Shown piece by piece: positions 10,147 to 18,175 of a stretch of DNA of 64,000 nucleotides. The position numbers were made by a program, and so were the translations under genes. The notes below the pieces were generated by a model. The model did not search any database, was not told the DNA's origin, and was given only the letters and a program-made list of their open reading frames with translations. The stretch comes from an uncultured Methanosarcinales archaeon (GTDB taxonomy: Archaea; Nanobdellota; Nanobdellia; Woesearchaeales; GW2011-AR9). The DNA is taken from the NCBI GenBank assembly GCA_964604645.1, contig CAZRZP010000001.1, positions 9,394 to 73,393 of the forward strand, read 5' to 3'. How positions within the stretch are numbered: the first letter of the stretch is position 1; every line of letters begins with the position of its first letter.

Positions 10147-10794
10147 TCATTTTTTCAAAGTACACAAACTGCTAAATACAAAATCTGCAGATAAGTCTTC
10201 TTTCAATTTATGGAATGTGTGTTTCTTACCTAGTAACACAACTTTTATTTTTTTTTTCTTACTTGCAACAACATCTGAATGAGCATCGCCAATATATATT
10301 ACTTCCGATGGCTTTAATTTATGTTTACGTAAAACATGGTTGAAATTATTAATCTTACTTGTAGGTCCTCCCAATATTTCATCAAAATATTTGGCAACTC
10401 CACAATGCCCAGCTATTTTTTTAACTTCTTTTATATTTTCAAGAGATAAAAGAAACATAAAATCTACTTGCCGGCGCAATTCTTTAATGATATTAGAACA
10501 TTGAAATAATGGACAAAACCTCATATTCTTCACATAATGTTCACCAAAATGATCAGCCACCATTTTTTTTTCTTTTTTAGTTGTTTTTCTATCTAAAAAA
10601 TATTCAAATAATTTCTCAACTTTATCGTCCCTGCTATATCCTTTTCCAATTAATTTCTCATATTCTTTCCTTACTCCACGCTTAAGACCAAATTTTTCTC
10701 TAAAAACAGACGCCATTGCTGGCCCTTTCTTATCTTCTGACATAATAAGCGTCCCATCAAAATCAAAACCGACGGCTCTAATCATATAAACCAA
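10147..10794 (-). CDS. HAD-superfamily hydrolase
   Basis: Motif I 'FDFDGTL' and motif IV 'GDAHSDV'. The real start is probably 'MIRAVGFDFDGTL'. Confidence 0.65.
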   Translation of the reverse strand: MVYMIRAVGFDFDGTLIMSEDKKGPAMASVFREKFGLKRGVRKEYEKLIGKGYSRDDKVEKLFEYFLDRKTTKKEKKMVADHFGEHYVKNMRFCPLFQCSNIIKELRRQVDFMFLLSLENIKEVKKIAGHCGVAKYFDEILGGPTSKINNFNHVLRKHKLKPSEVIYIGDAHSDVVASKKKKIKVVLLGKKHTFHKLKEDLSADFVFSSLCTLKK

Positions 10795-11468
10795 CTCATA
10801 ATAATAAGAGCTGAGTAGAGAATAAAGGCAATAGTAAAATAACCAATCTTACCCTTTCTACCAAAAGGTATGTGGTGCCTAGTAACTGTGAATAATAAAA
10901 CTCCGGTTGCTAATCCTATTAAAGTAAATTCAAACCATTCTGGCATAAATGGGTTGGCAAATATTCCTATTAAAACTCCTAATAATGTGCTTGATGACAG
11001 AAATAAAGCCTTTTGTTTGCTAGTGTGTGGATGCGAAGGTAAATTACTTACAATTGTAAAAGATATCATCGTAAAGAACAACAATAATCCTCGAACGATA
11101 CTGAATTGTGTAAATGCCACTAATACTATGCCCAGAATTACATGATATGCGTAGTAGAATGAATGTTCCTCTAAAGTTAACATCTTAACTAAATCGTGTT
11201 TAGTGTTATGTTGATAGATCTGTTTTTCTATTAGATGATGGCCAATAAAACCAAGCAATACTGAAATAAATAAAAGCCTGCTATGCCTAAAGGCTCCTTC
11301 TGTAAACATAGGAAATAGTTCCAGAAGTAAATATGTTATCGAAACTCCTGCAGAAAAAGAAAGAAGTTTAGATGTGTGACTCTTTCCACGTACGTTAAAC
11401 CTCTTTGCATTGTATTCGGTTAAACCAACACACATAGCCAATAAAATTGGAATAAAAACGTTTACCAT
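10782..11468 (-). CDS. polytopic membrane protein, possibly a ZIP-like metal transporter
   Basis: About 6-8 predicted TM helices. His-containing segments 'HHLIEKQIYQHNTKHD' and 'FTEGAF' loosely resemble ZIP motifs. The assignment is tentative. Confidence 0.3.
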   Translation of the reverse strand: MVNVFIPILLAMCVGLTEYNAKRFNVRGKSHTSKLLSFSAGVSITYLLLELFPMFTEGAFRHSRLLFISVLLGFIGHHLIEKQIYQHNTKHDLVKMLTLEEHSFYYAYHVILGIVLVAFTQFSIVRGLLLFFTMISFTIVSNLPSHPHTSKQKALFLSSSTLLGVLIGIFANPFMPEWFEFTLIGLATGVLLFTVTRHHIPFGRKGKIGYFTIAFILYSALIIMSWFI

Positions 11469-11500
11469 AAAAGAAGAAAAAAAAAGAAATTAATAAAACT

Positions 11501-11659
11501 TTACTTTTTGCCCATGATTCTAAACATGGTTGTGCTACAAGTTGGGCAGGTCCCTTTCATTGCTCTTCTTTCGGTTCCACCTTTGCCTTTCATAGTAACT
11601 TCTTTAGCTTCAGACATCTCTCTTTTTGCTTTACACTTAACACAATATCCTTCTGTCAT
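11501..11659 (-). CDS. small zinc-ribbon protein (CxxC...CxxC)
   Basis: Internal ATG preceded by 'gaggtgg'. Product is 'MTEGYCVKCKAKREMSEAKEVTMKGKGGTERRAMKGTCPTCSTTMFRIMGKK'. The listed 87-aa ORF probably over-extends at the 5' end. Confidence 0.4.
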   Translation of the reverse strand: MTEGYCVKCKAKREMSEAKEVTMKGKGGTERRAMKGTCPTCSTTMFRIMGKK

Positions 11660-11777
11660 AATGATCCACCTCGAATCTGTTTTTTGCAAATTATACACTT
11701 GCCTAAGCCTATTTAGGCTGCTACTCTTAAAAACCTTTCGGAAAAATAAGCATAAAATTAGCACAAATGGTATTTTC

Positions 11778-12158
11778 TTAAAGCAAACTGAATGTATTTA
11801 ATTTAGGAATATCTTCACTGCAATAAGGACAATTTCTTGGTCTTTTTCTAAATGGATCGTACTTAAATGAATATTTACAAGCCGAACAAGTACATTGAAT
11901 TTGATCAGTTCCAGGAATTTTTTTGAACTGAGCTTTAACTTGTTGCTGTTTTAGTTTAGCCGCTTTTTCTAAATATTCATCTTCTTGATCCCAGCCAGGT
12001 GGTTTAACATCAACTTTCTTTTCTTCTTTAGCTTTTAATTTCTCAGTTCTACCAGAATAACAATTTGGACAGACCATTAACCTATATTTATAATGTAATT
12101 TAAACGAATCCGCAGGTGCAGATTTCTCACAAACTTTACAGATAGCAGATATGTTCAT
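11778..12158 (-). CDS. zinc-ribbon protein (two CxxC pairs at each end)
   Basis: 'CKVCEK...CPNCYSG' and 'CTCSACK...CPYCSEDIP'. Lys-rich coiled middle. Confidence 0.4.
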   Translation of the reverse strand: MNISAICKVCEKSAPADSFKLHYKYRLMVCPNCYSGRTEKLKAKEEKKVDVKPPGWDQEDEYLEKAAKLKQQQVKAQFKKIPGTDQIQCTCSACKYSFKYDPFRKRPRNCPYCSEDIPKLNTFSLL

Positions 12159-12302
12159 ACTTGTTGAATAAACTCATCATTTTTATGTTTTACTTTAATG
12201 TAGAGTAGAGATTAAAGCAATTTGTTCCTGATTTGCTCAAAGTAATATTTAAATACCCAAACTCTTTCCTCTTCTAAAAGAGGCTGATAGAATGCATGAA
12301 TT

Positions 12303-12944
12303 TTGGTGGGCATATTTATAGTTGAATATACTATGCGAATGGTCGTTGCTAAGAAAAAAGTAAAACATTTTTTTAACATCTATAGCCTCATAGATTTAAT
12401 TGCTATTTTACCTGTGATGGTTCACTTTGTCAATCTATCCTTCTTTAGAATATTCAGGATTTTAAGGATGTTTAGAATGTTGCGGGTTTTACGTTTTCAA
12501 AGGATATTCAAACAGAAAAATACTATGTTTGGTAACCTTACTGACACACAACTTATTGTTATTAGAATCGTACTCACCGTATTTACAATTGTCTTTGTAT
12601 CTTCAGGAATGATTTGGGCTGTTGAAAGTAAAGTTAATCCTGATTATGGGACTATTTGGGATTCAATGTATTTTTCAATTGTAACTCTATCAACAGTAGG
12701 TTATGGTGATGTAACTCCACTATCTGTATGGGGGAAGATTGTTACCATTGTGATGATATTGTCGGGTATTGCTCTGATTCCATGGCAATTAGGAAAACTG
12801 GTTAAAGTTTTATTCATGTCTGCTGGCAAAGGGCAGAATAAATGTAAGAAATGCGGTTTAGCAGATCATGATTTAGATGCACAACATTGCAAGAATTGTG
12901 GCAGAAAACTTAACAAAAAACCTAAAACAGAAAAACCTTCTTAA
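12303..12944 (+). CDS. minimal K+ channel: S3-S4 voltage-sensor paddle, pore domain (TVGYGD) and a C-terminal zinc ribbon
   Basis: Selectivity filter 'TLSTVGYGDVTP'. S4 with Arg every third residue: 'FRIFRILRMFRMLRVLRFQRIF'. C-terminal 'CKKCG...CKNCG'. An in-frame stop lies immediately upstream, so there is no S1-S2. An ATG at 12333 is an alternative start. Confidence 0.7.
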   Translation: MVGIFIVEYTMRMVVAKKKVKHFFNIYSLIDLIAILPVMVHFVNLSFFRIFRILRMFRMLRVLRFQRIFKQKNTMFGNLTDTQLIVIRIVLTVFTIVFVSSGMIWAVESKVNPDYGTIWDSMYFSIVTLSTVGYGDVTPLSVWGKIVTIVMILSGIALIPWQLGKLVKVLFMSAGKGQNKCKKCGLADHDLDAQHCKNCGRKLNKKPKTEKPS

Positions 12945-14139
12945 TTTTTTTAACTTTTTCTTTAAAGTATTTTTCTTTAACTAAAAACTTGACATATTCT
13001 TCTGCTTCAGTATGTTTGACTTTAACTTTACCCCAAACATGTCCATTTTTTATATAATTATTTTTATGAAATTTCTTAAACCTCTTAACATGTTCCTTCA
13101 TAGGAAGAGGGGGACCTTTACGTTCTTCAACTGCTGCAATCTTTTTCTTTTTCAAAAAGAAATAATAAGTTACTTCTTTTTTCCAATCCCAACCAAATTT
13201 CTTTACTTCGAATGGTTCTAACTTATTAAGCAAAAAATCTCTACCCTTCACCAATTTCATTCCAACAACATCTGTTTTCCCGCTTAATGGTACCAAGTTT
13301 ATCACAAGCAATGCTTTCTTCTTTCTTTTAGCTTCTTTTCCTAATAATTCTATATTAAATTCTTTCTCTAAAAAGAAATCTTCTTTTGGTTTTTTTAAGA
13401 ATCTCTTTGCTAATTTTTGAAATAATTTATACTTTTCCACTGACACAGCCGCTGCGGCATTTCTTGTTTTATCAACTGGATCCACAATAATCAGTGGACA
13501 TTGAGTTTTTGATGTGTTTAAATTAAACAAAACATCATTTTTTGGATAATATTTAGAAATGTCTATTACTTCCTGGTTTTTCCATTTTATTACAGATTTC
13601 AACACTTTCTCAAATGAACTGTAATGTGCAACTAATATTTCAATGATATATCCACTAAAACCAGCAATATGTGATTCAGCCCCGTATAAACCTTGCGCTC
13701 TACAAAACTGTTTTAACAATAGTATTTCATCTTTCTTTCCTTTTGTATGTTTATTTACCCATTTACTATGTAATGGAGAAATGTCAGTAATGTTTAATGC
13801 CTGTTCGGCTTTAGATATTTCTACAATTGGCACTAGTTCAAATAGAATTCCCTTATATTTAACTTGAAAATAATCTCTACTTCCATGTAATCTATCAACT
13901 TTTTTGAAAGATTTCTTAAGTTCAACTTCCAATTTGTCTGAAATATCGTTAACATTTTTTGGAAAGATCACAAAGATATCAATATCATGACTATTTGCTA
14001 ACCATGTTTCTTTTGCACCACTCCCTCCCAGTATTGTTTTGTATTTAATCTTCTTCAGAAATTCTTTGATTATAGACTTTAATTTCGCTTTTTCTTGAGG
14101 TCCTGGCCGAATTCTTTGCAAGATGGTTGAATAATCCAT
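12922..14139 (-). CDS. cca: archaeal class I CCA-adding tRNA nucleotidyltransferase
   Basis: 'GGSGAKETWLANSHDIDIFVIFP' matches the archaeal CCA enzyme catalytic motif (GS...DIDIF). The listed ORF extends to 14193. I prefer the start at 'MDYSTILQRI'. Confidence 0.75.
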   Translation of the reverse strand: MDYSTILQRIRPGPQEKAKLKSIIKEFLKKIKYKTILGGSGAKETWLANSHDIDIFVIFPKNVNDISDKLEVELKKSFKKVDRLHGSRDYFQVKYKGILFELVPIVEISKAEQALNITDISPLHSKWVNKHTKGKKDEILLLKQFCRAQGLYGAESHIAGFSGYIIEILVAHYSSFEKVLKSVIKWKNQEVIDISKYYPKNDVLFNLNTSKTQCPLIIVDPVDKTRNAAAAVSVEKYKLFQKLAKRFLKKPKEDFFLEKEFNIELLGKEAKRKKKALLVINLVPLSGKTDVVGMKLVKGRDFLLNKLEPFEVKKFGWDWKKEVTYYFFLKKKKIAAVEERKGPPLPMKEHVKRFKKFHKNNYIKNGHVWGKVKVKHTEAEEYVKFLVKEKYFKEKVKKIKKVFLF

Positions 14140-14227
14140 GTCTAGACTAAAATCGTAGATTATATAAATTTTATTTAGTATTAATGGTAACAAGCTTTTT
14201 TAAATTGATAGTGTTCTGAAGTTTAAG

Positions 14228-14509
14228 ATGGCTACCTTGCGCTTAACTGCAGACTGTTTTCGTTGTGGAAAGAACTTTGAACAGAAGGAGATGCGAAAAG
14301 TTCCTTCTTTAACTGATAATAAGCGTTTTGAATGTTTCAGCTGTTTCCGTAATTATAAGTACGCAGTAAAGATGTCAAGGGCAAGAAAATTAACTTTATA
14401 CTGTGAGAGATGTAAATTTAAATTTTCTTCAAGGGGCAGAACTTGTCTTTATTGTAACAAGTCAGACAGTGTAGTTAGAGGAAATATTACCGCAAGTGAT
14501 TTATTGTAG
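14228..14509 (+). CDS. small Cys-rich zinc-finger protein
   Basis: Four CxxC pairs: 'CFRCGK', 'CFSC', 'CERCK' and 'CLYCNK'. Confidence 0.35.
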   Translation: MATLRLTADCFRCGKNFEQKEMRKVPSLTDNKRFECFSCFRNYKYAVKMSRARKLTLYCERCKFKFSSRGRTCLYCNKSDSVVRGNITASDLL

Positions 14510-14527
14510 TACTGTTTTTCTTTACTT

Positions 14528-14878
14528 ATGAAATTTCATGGAAGATTTTATGCAGGTATTGCGTTAATAGTATTAAGCTTAGTCTTAGGGAAATTAACTA
14601 CCTTTACTTTTTTCTACTTTTTTTCTGATAAATATTGGCAGGTTGCTTCAGTCATAATTTATATTCTTTCCTGGATACCTCTTTTTTGGGGTATTTGGTG
14701 GGTTGGAGCTGAATATGCTGATTCAATACAAAGATATTTTTCTTATAAATTTTATCATCACTCTGTTAAGAAAAAAACTAAAGTTGCCATTAACCGCGGA
14801 AAAAATATCCATCAAAAAGTAAAAAGAAAAATAATAAAAAAGAAGTTAGATAAAAAGAAAATCAAGCCACAGCAATAA
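14528..14878 (+). CDS. small membrane protein with a Lys-rich tail
   Basis: Three hydrophobic helices, then 'KKKTKVAINRGKNIHQKVKRKIIKKKLDKKKIK'. Confidence 0.35.
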   Translation: MKFHGRFYAGIALIVLSLVLGKLTTFTFFYFFSDKYWQVASVIIYILSWIPLFWGIWWVGAEYADSIQRYFSYKFYHHSVKKKTKVAINRGKNIHQKVKRKIIKKKLDKKKIKPQQ

Positions 14879-14890
14879 TAATAATAATAA
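14874..14890. repeat. (AAT)n microsatellite
   Basis: 'aataataataataataa' sits immediately after the stop of the preceding ORF. Confidence 0.4.
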
Positions 14891-14943
14891 AAGTAGTAAA
14901 TAAAAAAGAAAAACATAAAAACAACAACTTCTTTCGTTGATGA

Positions 14944-15324
14944 ATGAATAGTGCATTAGCTTATGGAATTATTTTTGTTTTAGTTGGAATATATCTTAGT
15001 TTAGTTTTATTTGTATTAGATACAGGTAGTTTATTTGGTTTAATTCAAATTGCTGTCTTAACTGTAGTTATATTTGGATTAATCATTTCTATTGATAAAA
15101 AACGTGAGAAGGGTCCTGCTGATCCTTTAGCAGGTGAAGTTCAACAAGAAACAAATGTACAAGTTAACGTTCAAAATCAACAAACACAGCAGCCAGCTCA
15201 ACCTACAGCACAACCAGGGGATCAACAGCAACAACAGACTCAACAACCAGCAGCACAGCAAGAACAAGTTCCTGCACAACAACAAGATCCTACACAAGAA
15301 CAGCAAGTACCTATCTTAAAATAA
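14944..15324 (+). CDS. membrane protein with a Gln/Pro-rich low-complexity C-terminus
   Basis: Two TM helices, then 'QNQQTQQPAQPTAQPGDQQQQQTQQPAAQQEQVPAQQQDPTQEQQ'. CAA/CAG-rich DNA. Confidence 0.4.
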   Translation: MNSALAYGIIFVLVGIYLSLVLFVLDTGSLFGLIQIAVLTVVIFGLIISIDKKREKGPADPLAGEVQQETNVQVNVQNQQTQQPAQPTAQPGDQQQQQTQQPAAQQEQVPAQQQDPTQEQQVPILK

Positions 15325-15975
15325 TCATGCTATGATTTTTTTAGCTTTCTTCTTGGCTATCTTTAATGCAATATGTAACGGTTCTGGAATCTTATGCGGC
15401 AACTGAATTGTTTTAGAGATAATATTTAGACATGCCCCCAATGAAACTAAGTGTCCTGGTGAAACATAAATTGGGTTACTATATTCTCTTGTAGTTACTT
15501 CAAATCCAACCATATTAGCGTTGATTAAAATCTTCCCTTCATTTACATTTCCAAACAATAATTTGTCCGTGACGCCAATTGTAGGCGTGTTTAGAACTAA
15601 ACCAGTGTGGGACGCTATCCCAAAATTTCTTGGATGAGCAATACCTGCACCTTTTACCAATAAGATATCTGGTTCTTGTTCCAACTGGTTATATGCTTCA
15701 ATAATTGCTGGCATTTCTCTATAAGCAGAGAAGCCCATTCTAAATGGTAAAGGATTAGGCAGAACATAAGATTTTTTCTCAATGACTTTAAGATCAGGCA
15801 GGGAACAAACCACAACTACAGCAATTAATTCATCTCCTCTTGCTGAACAGGCAGCTCCTCCTATCGTCTTTATGGAATCAAATCCATCTCTAACTTGAAC
15901 TCTTCTTGCTAACTTCTGTTGTTCTTGCTTTATTTCTAAAAGATCCATTAACAGCACCAGTTTTATAGTTTCCAA
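15325..15975 (-). CDS. nfi: endonuclease V
   Basis: 'YVLPNPLPFRMGFSAYREMPAI' and 'KGAGIAHPRNFGIASHTGLVLNTPTIGVTDK' match the EndoV core motifs (Y.PG.LAFRE.P and DG.GIAHPRR.GLA.H.G....P.IGVAK). Confidence 0.75.
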   Translation of the reverse strand: METIKLVLLMDLLEIKQEQQKLARRVQVRDGFDSIKTIGGAACSARGDELIAVVVVCSLPDLKVIEKKSYVLPNPLPFRMGFSAYREMPAIIEAYNQLEQEPDILLVKGAGIAHPRNFGIASHTGLVLNTPTIGVTDKLLFGNVNEGKILINANMVGFEVTTREYSNPIYVSPGHLVSLGACLNIISKTIQLPHKIPEPLHIALKIAKKKAKKIIA

Positions 15976-16085
15976 AATAGATGTTAGTTTAAATATGTTT
16001 TGGTTGTTGTTACTTTACAAGAGCAAAAGCCTGGTGTTGACATTTAATACAAAAATTAATAAACTTCTTTCTCATTCTTACAAAA

Positions 16086-16547
16086 ATGTTCAATAAAAGA
16101 GGTATTGCACCATTAGTAGCTACTCTTCTCCTCATTTCCTTCGCCACAAGTTTAGGTGTTGTTATCATGAATTTTGGACGTGCTCAAGTTGAACTACAAG
16201 CAGAGTGTGCTATTGATATTAATCTAAAATTGGCTGAAATTGGTGGTAAACCGGATGTATGTTTAGATGCTACAAGTAACAATTTGCGTTTTACTGCAGA
16301 AAATGGAGTTAACATTAATGTTGAAGGATTAATTGTAAATATTATTGGAACGCAAAAAGCAGAGACTAATGATTTACCAGATGGAAAAATACCTAAAGCT
16401 GGGACTTATATTGGTAATGTTCCTTGGAACAAAGCAGAAGGTGGAGACATCCGTCAAGTAAAGATAACTCCAAAAGTAATTCTTTTTGAGGAAGAGGAAA
16501 TCTGTACTGAAAAAGCATTGATTTTTGAAACTGTAAATCCTTGTTAG
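16086..16547 (+). CDS. archaeal type IV pilin-like protein (class III signal peptide, DUF361-type N-terminus)
   Basis: N-terminus 'MFNKRGIAPLVATLLLISFA' fits the KRG|I.P..AT.LLI archaeal prepilin consensus. Confidence 0.55.
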   Translation: MFNKRGIAPLVATLLLISFATSLGVVIMNFGRAQVELQAECAIDINLKLAEIGGKPDVCLDATSNNLRFTAENGVNINVEGLIVNIIGTQKAETNDLPDGKIPKAGTYIGNVPWNKAEGGDIRQVKITPKVILFEEEEICTEKALIFETVNPC

Positions 16548-16549
16548 AT

Positions 16550-16822
16550 CTACATGATGCTAAAATCTTTAAATTCTCCTTTATGTTTTTCCCAGAGAAG
16601 TTTAACTTTCTGAACTCTTGCTCCCTGCGGTCCTTTACGACAGTATTCAGCAACTTTCAGAATATTTTTTTCTTCCCCTTCTAGGAGACCTTCTAAAATT
16701 CGCTCTTCAACATTTTTAACCCAACCGGTTAATTTTAGAGGTACTGCTTTTTCTTTTATGCTTTTCCGAAAGAATACACCCTGTACTCTTCCTTCAACTC
16801 TCAATTTAGCTCGTTTTTTCAT
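16550..16822 (-). CDS. acyP: acylphosphatase
   Basis: 'VQGVFFR' and 'GWVKN...EGLLEGEE' are acylphosphatase signatures. 90 aa. Confidence 0.75.
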   Translation of the reverse strand: MKKRAKLRVEGRVQGVFFRKSIKEKAVPLKLTGWVKNVEERILEGLLEGEEKNILKVAEYCRKGPQGARVQKVKLLWEKHKGEFKDFSIM

Positions 16823-16876
16823 TTTATACCTATTTTCGAAGCATACTTTTATATTTTATTCTATTTTATAGGATAT

Positions 16877-17668
16877 ATGGAGATTGAATTTGATTTGAAG
16901 AAAGGCGTAGATGAGAACGCTGGCCACTATTTTGACTTAGCAAAGAAGGCTAAAAAGAAGTTAGAGGGAGCAAAAGATGCTTTACAAAAAAGTGCGAAAG
17001 ACCTAGAAAAGCTCAGAAAGGATGAAAAAAAATTCTTAGTGGAAGAGGAAAAAAAGCAAATAAGGAAACAAAGAAAAAAAGAATGGTATGAAAAATTTCA
17101 TTGGTTTATCTCTTCAGAAGGTTATCTTTGTATTGGTGGAAAAGATGCAACTTCAAATGAAGTCATTATTAAGAAACATGCTGAAAAAGGAGATATAGTT
17201 TTACACACAGATATGGCTGGTTCTCCATTCTTTGTAGTTAAGAATGGTGAAGAAGCTACGGAAAAGACAATTGAAGAGGCAGCAGAAGTGGTAGCTGCTT
17301 ATTCCAGAGCTTGGAAATTAGGTCATTCAACGGCTGACGTTTTCCATGTAAGGCCAGAACAGGTTACAAAAGAAGCAAAGTCAGGAGAAAGTTTACAGAA
17401 AGGCAGTTTTATGATTTATGGAAAAACTGAGTATCATCATCCCCGTTTGCAGTTTGCAATTGGTTTAGTTAAAGATGAAAAAGGTGAAGAAGTGATTGGT
17501 GGTCCTATTTCAGCTGTAAAAGCCAAAACATCAAATTTCATAAAAGTTATTCCAGGAAGAGAGAAAAAATCTGCATTGGCTAAAAAGATAAAGTCTAAAT
17601 TGAAAGGCGGCCATTTGGATGATATAATTAAATTCTTACCTGCTGGTGGCGGGCAACTTAAGAAATAA
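16877..17668 (+). CDS. NFACT-R (DUF814) domain protein with an N-terminal coiled coil (ribosome quality-control-related family)
   Basis: 'WFISSEGYLCIGGKDATSNEVIIKKHAEKGDIVLHTDMAGSPFFVVK...EAAEVVAAYSRAWK...ADVFHVRPEQVTK' matches the DUF814 consensus. Confidence 0.6.
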   Translation: MEIEFDLKKGVDENAGHYFDLAKKAKKKLEGAKDALQKSAKDLEKLRKDEKKFLVEEEKKQIRKQRKKEWYEKFHWFISSEGYLCIGGKDATSNEVIIKKHAEKGDIVLHTDMAGSPFFVVKNGEEATEKTIEEAAEVVAAYSRAWKLGHSTADVFHVRPEQVTKEAKSGESLQKGSFMIYGKTEYHHPRLQFAIGLVKDEKGEEVIGGPISAVKAKTSNFIKVIPGREKKSALAKKIKSKLKGGHLDDIIKFLPAGGGQLKK

Positions 17669-17709
17669 CTAATAAATCTTTTAAAGTAGCTATTTTCTGT
17701 ATAAAATAT

Positions 17710-17831
17710 GCCCCGGTAGTATAATGGATACTATTGCCATAAAGTACGCAAGGTTGCGGATTATTAAGTAAACACCTTGAGATCGGAGTTCAATTTGCGG
17801 CCTAAACCGTTTGAAAATCTTCGCCGGGGCA
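17710..17831 (+). tRNA. intron-containing tRNA gene with about three introns (D-arm region, canonical 37/38 and T-loop); anticodon probably GCG (Arg); no encoded CCA
   Basis: 7-bp GC acceptor stem 'gccccgg'/'ccggggc' with discriminator 'a'. T8 is present. D-loop has 'GG'. Anticodon stem 'caagg'/'ccttg' with loop 'tt-gcg-g' interrupted by a 14-nt insert before A38. Variable loop 'agat'. T-stem 'cggag'/'cttcg' with T-loop 'ttcaa|at' split by a 23-nt insert. The minus-strand reading fails on T8 and GG. Confidence 0.6.
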
Positions 17832-17879
17832 CTTTTTAACAAAAATAATATAAAGAAATAAATTTTTCATCAACTGTCC

Positions 17880-17985
17880 AACTGGATATAGCTCAGGTCT
17901 TCGGACCACTAATGCCTCTCACTCTTACGGAGAAGAGAGAAACACATTAACTAATGCGACTCCTGTTGGACATTTCTCCATATAA
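17880..17985 (+). other. candidate structured ncRNA region (strand uncertain)
   Basis: Sits in a 340-nt non-coding gap between the tRNA and valS. Long-range pairing 'gtccaac'...'gttggac' about 90 nt apart. It encloses a 'ggtc-UUCG-gacc' tetraloop hairpin and a 'ctctt-acggag-aagag' hairpin. Local GC is elevated. Confidence 0.25.
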
Positions 17986-18175
17986 TTCAGGAAGTTCTAA
18001 CTTCTGCCAAACAGAATCTTGCTTTTGGTTGTGAAAATTTGGTCTTACTATTCCTACTAATCTTCCTCTTCTAAACAATTTTACTTTCATATTATCACCT
18101 CAATTTTTGTAATAACTTTCAAGAATAGGTGGTTTAAATAGTCTACTCGTGGTTGTCTTGTGGGTTGTGGTATAT

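Noticed and set aside
12159-12944. The K+ channel gene being a 5'-truncated pseudogene.
   Set aside because: The upstream 144 nt is an AT-rich promoter-like gap with an in-frame stop, and no S1-S2-like coding appears in any frame. The remaining ORF is intact with a plausible start, so I annotated it as a native minimal channel. Orthologs could overturn this.
17710-17831. Reading the tRNA-like locus on the minus strand.
   Set aside because: The minus-strand orientation lacks T8 and a GG-containing D-loop and cannot form a T-arm. The plus strand satisfies these.
17833-18175. Assigning the structured gap to SRP RNA or RNase P RNA.
   Set aside because: I could not find the conserved helix-8 'AGCAG/GGAA' pattern of SRP RNA or the P4 'AGGAAAGUCC' motif of RNase P RNA. 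I left it as an unassigned candidate ncRNA.
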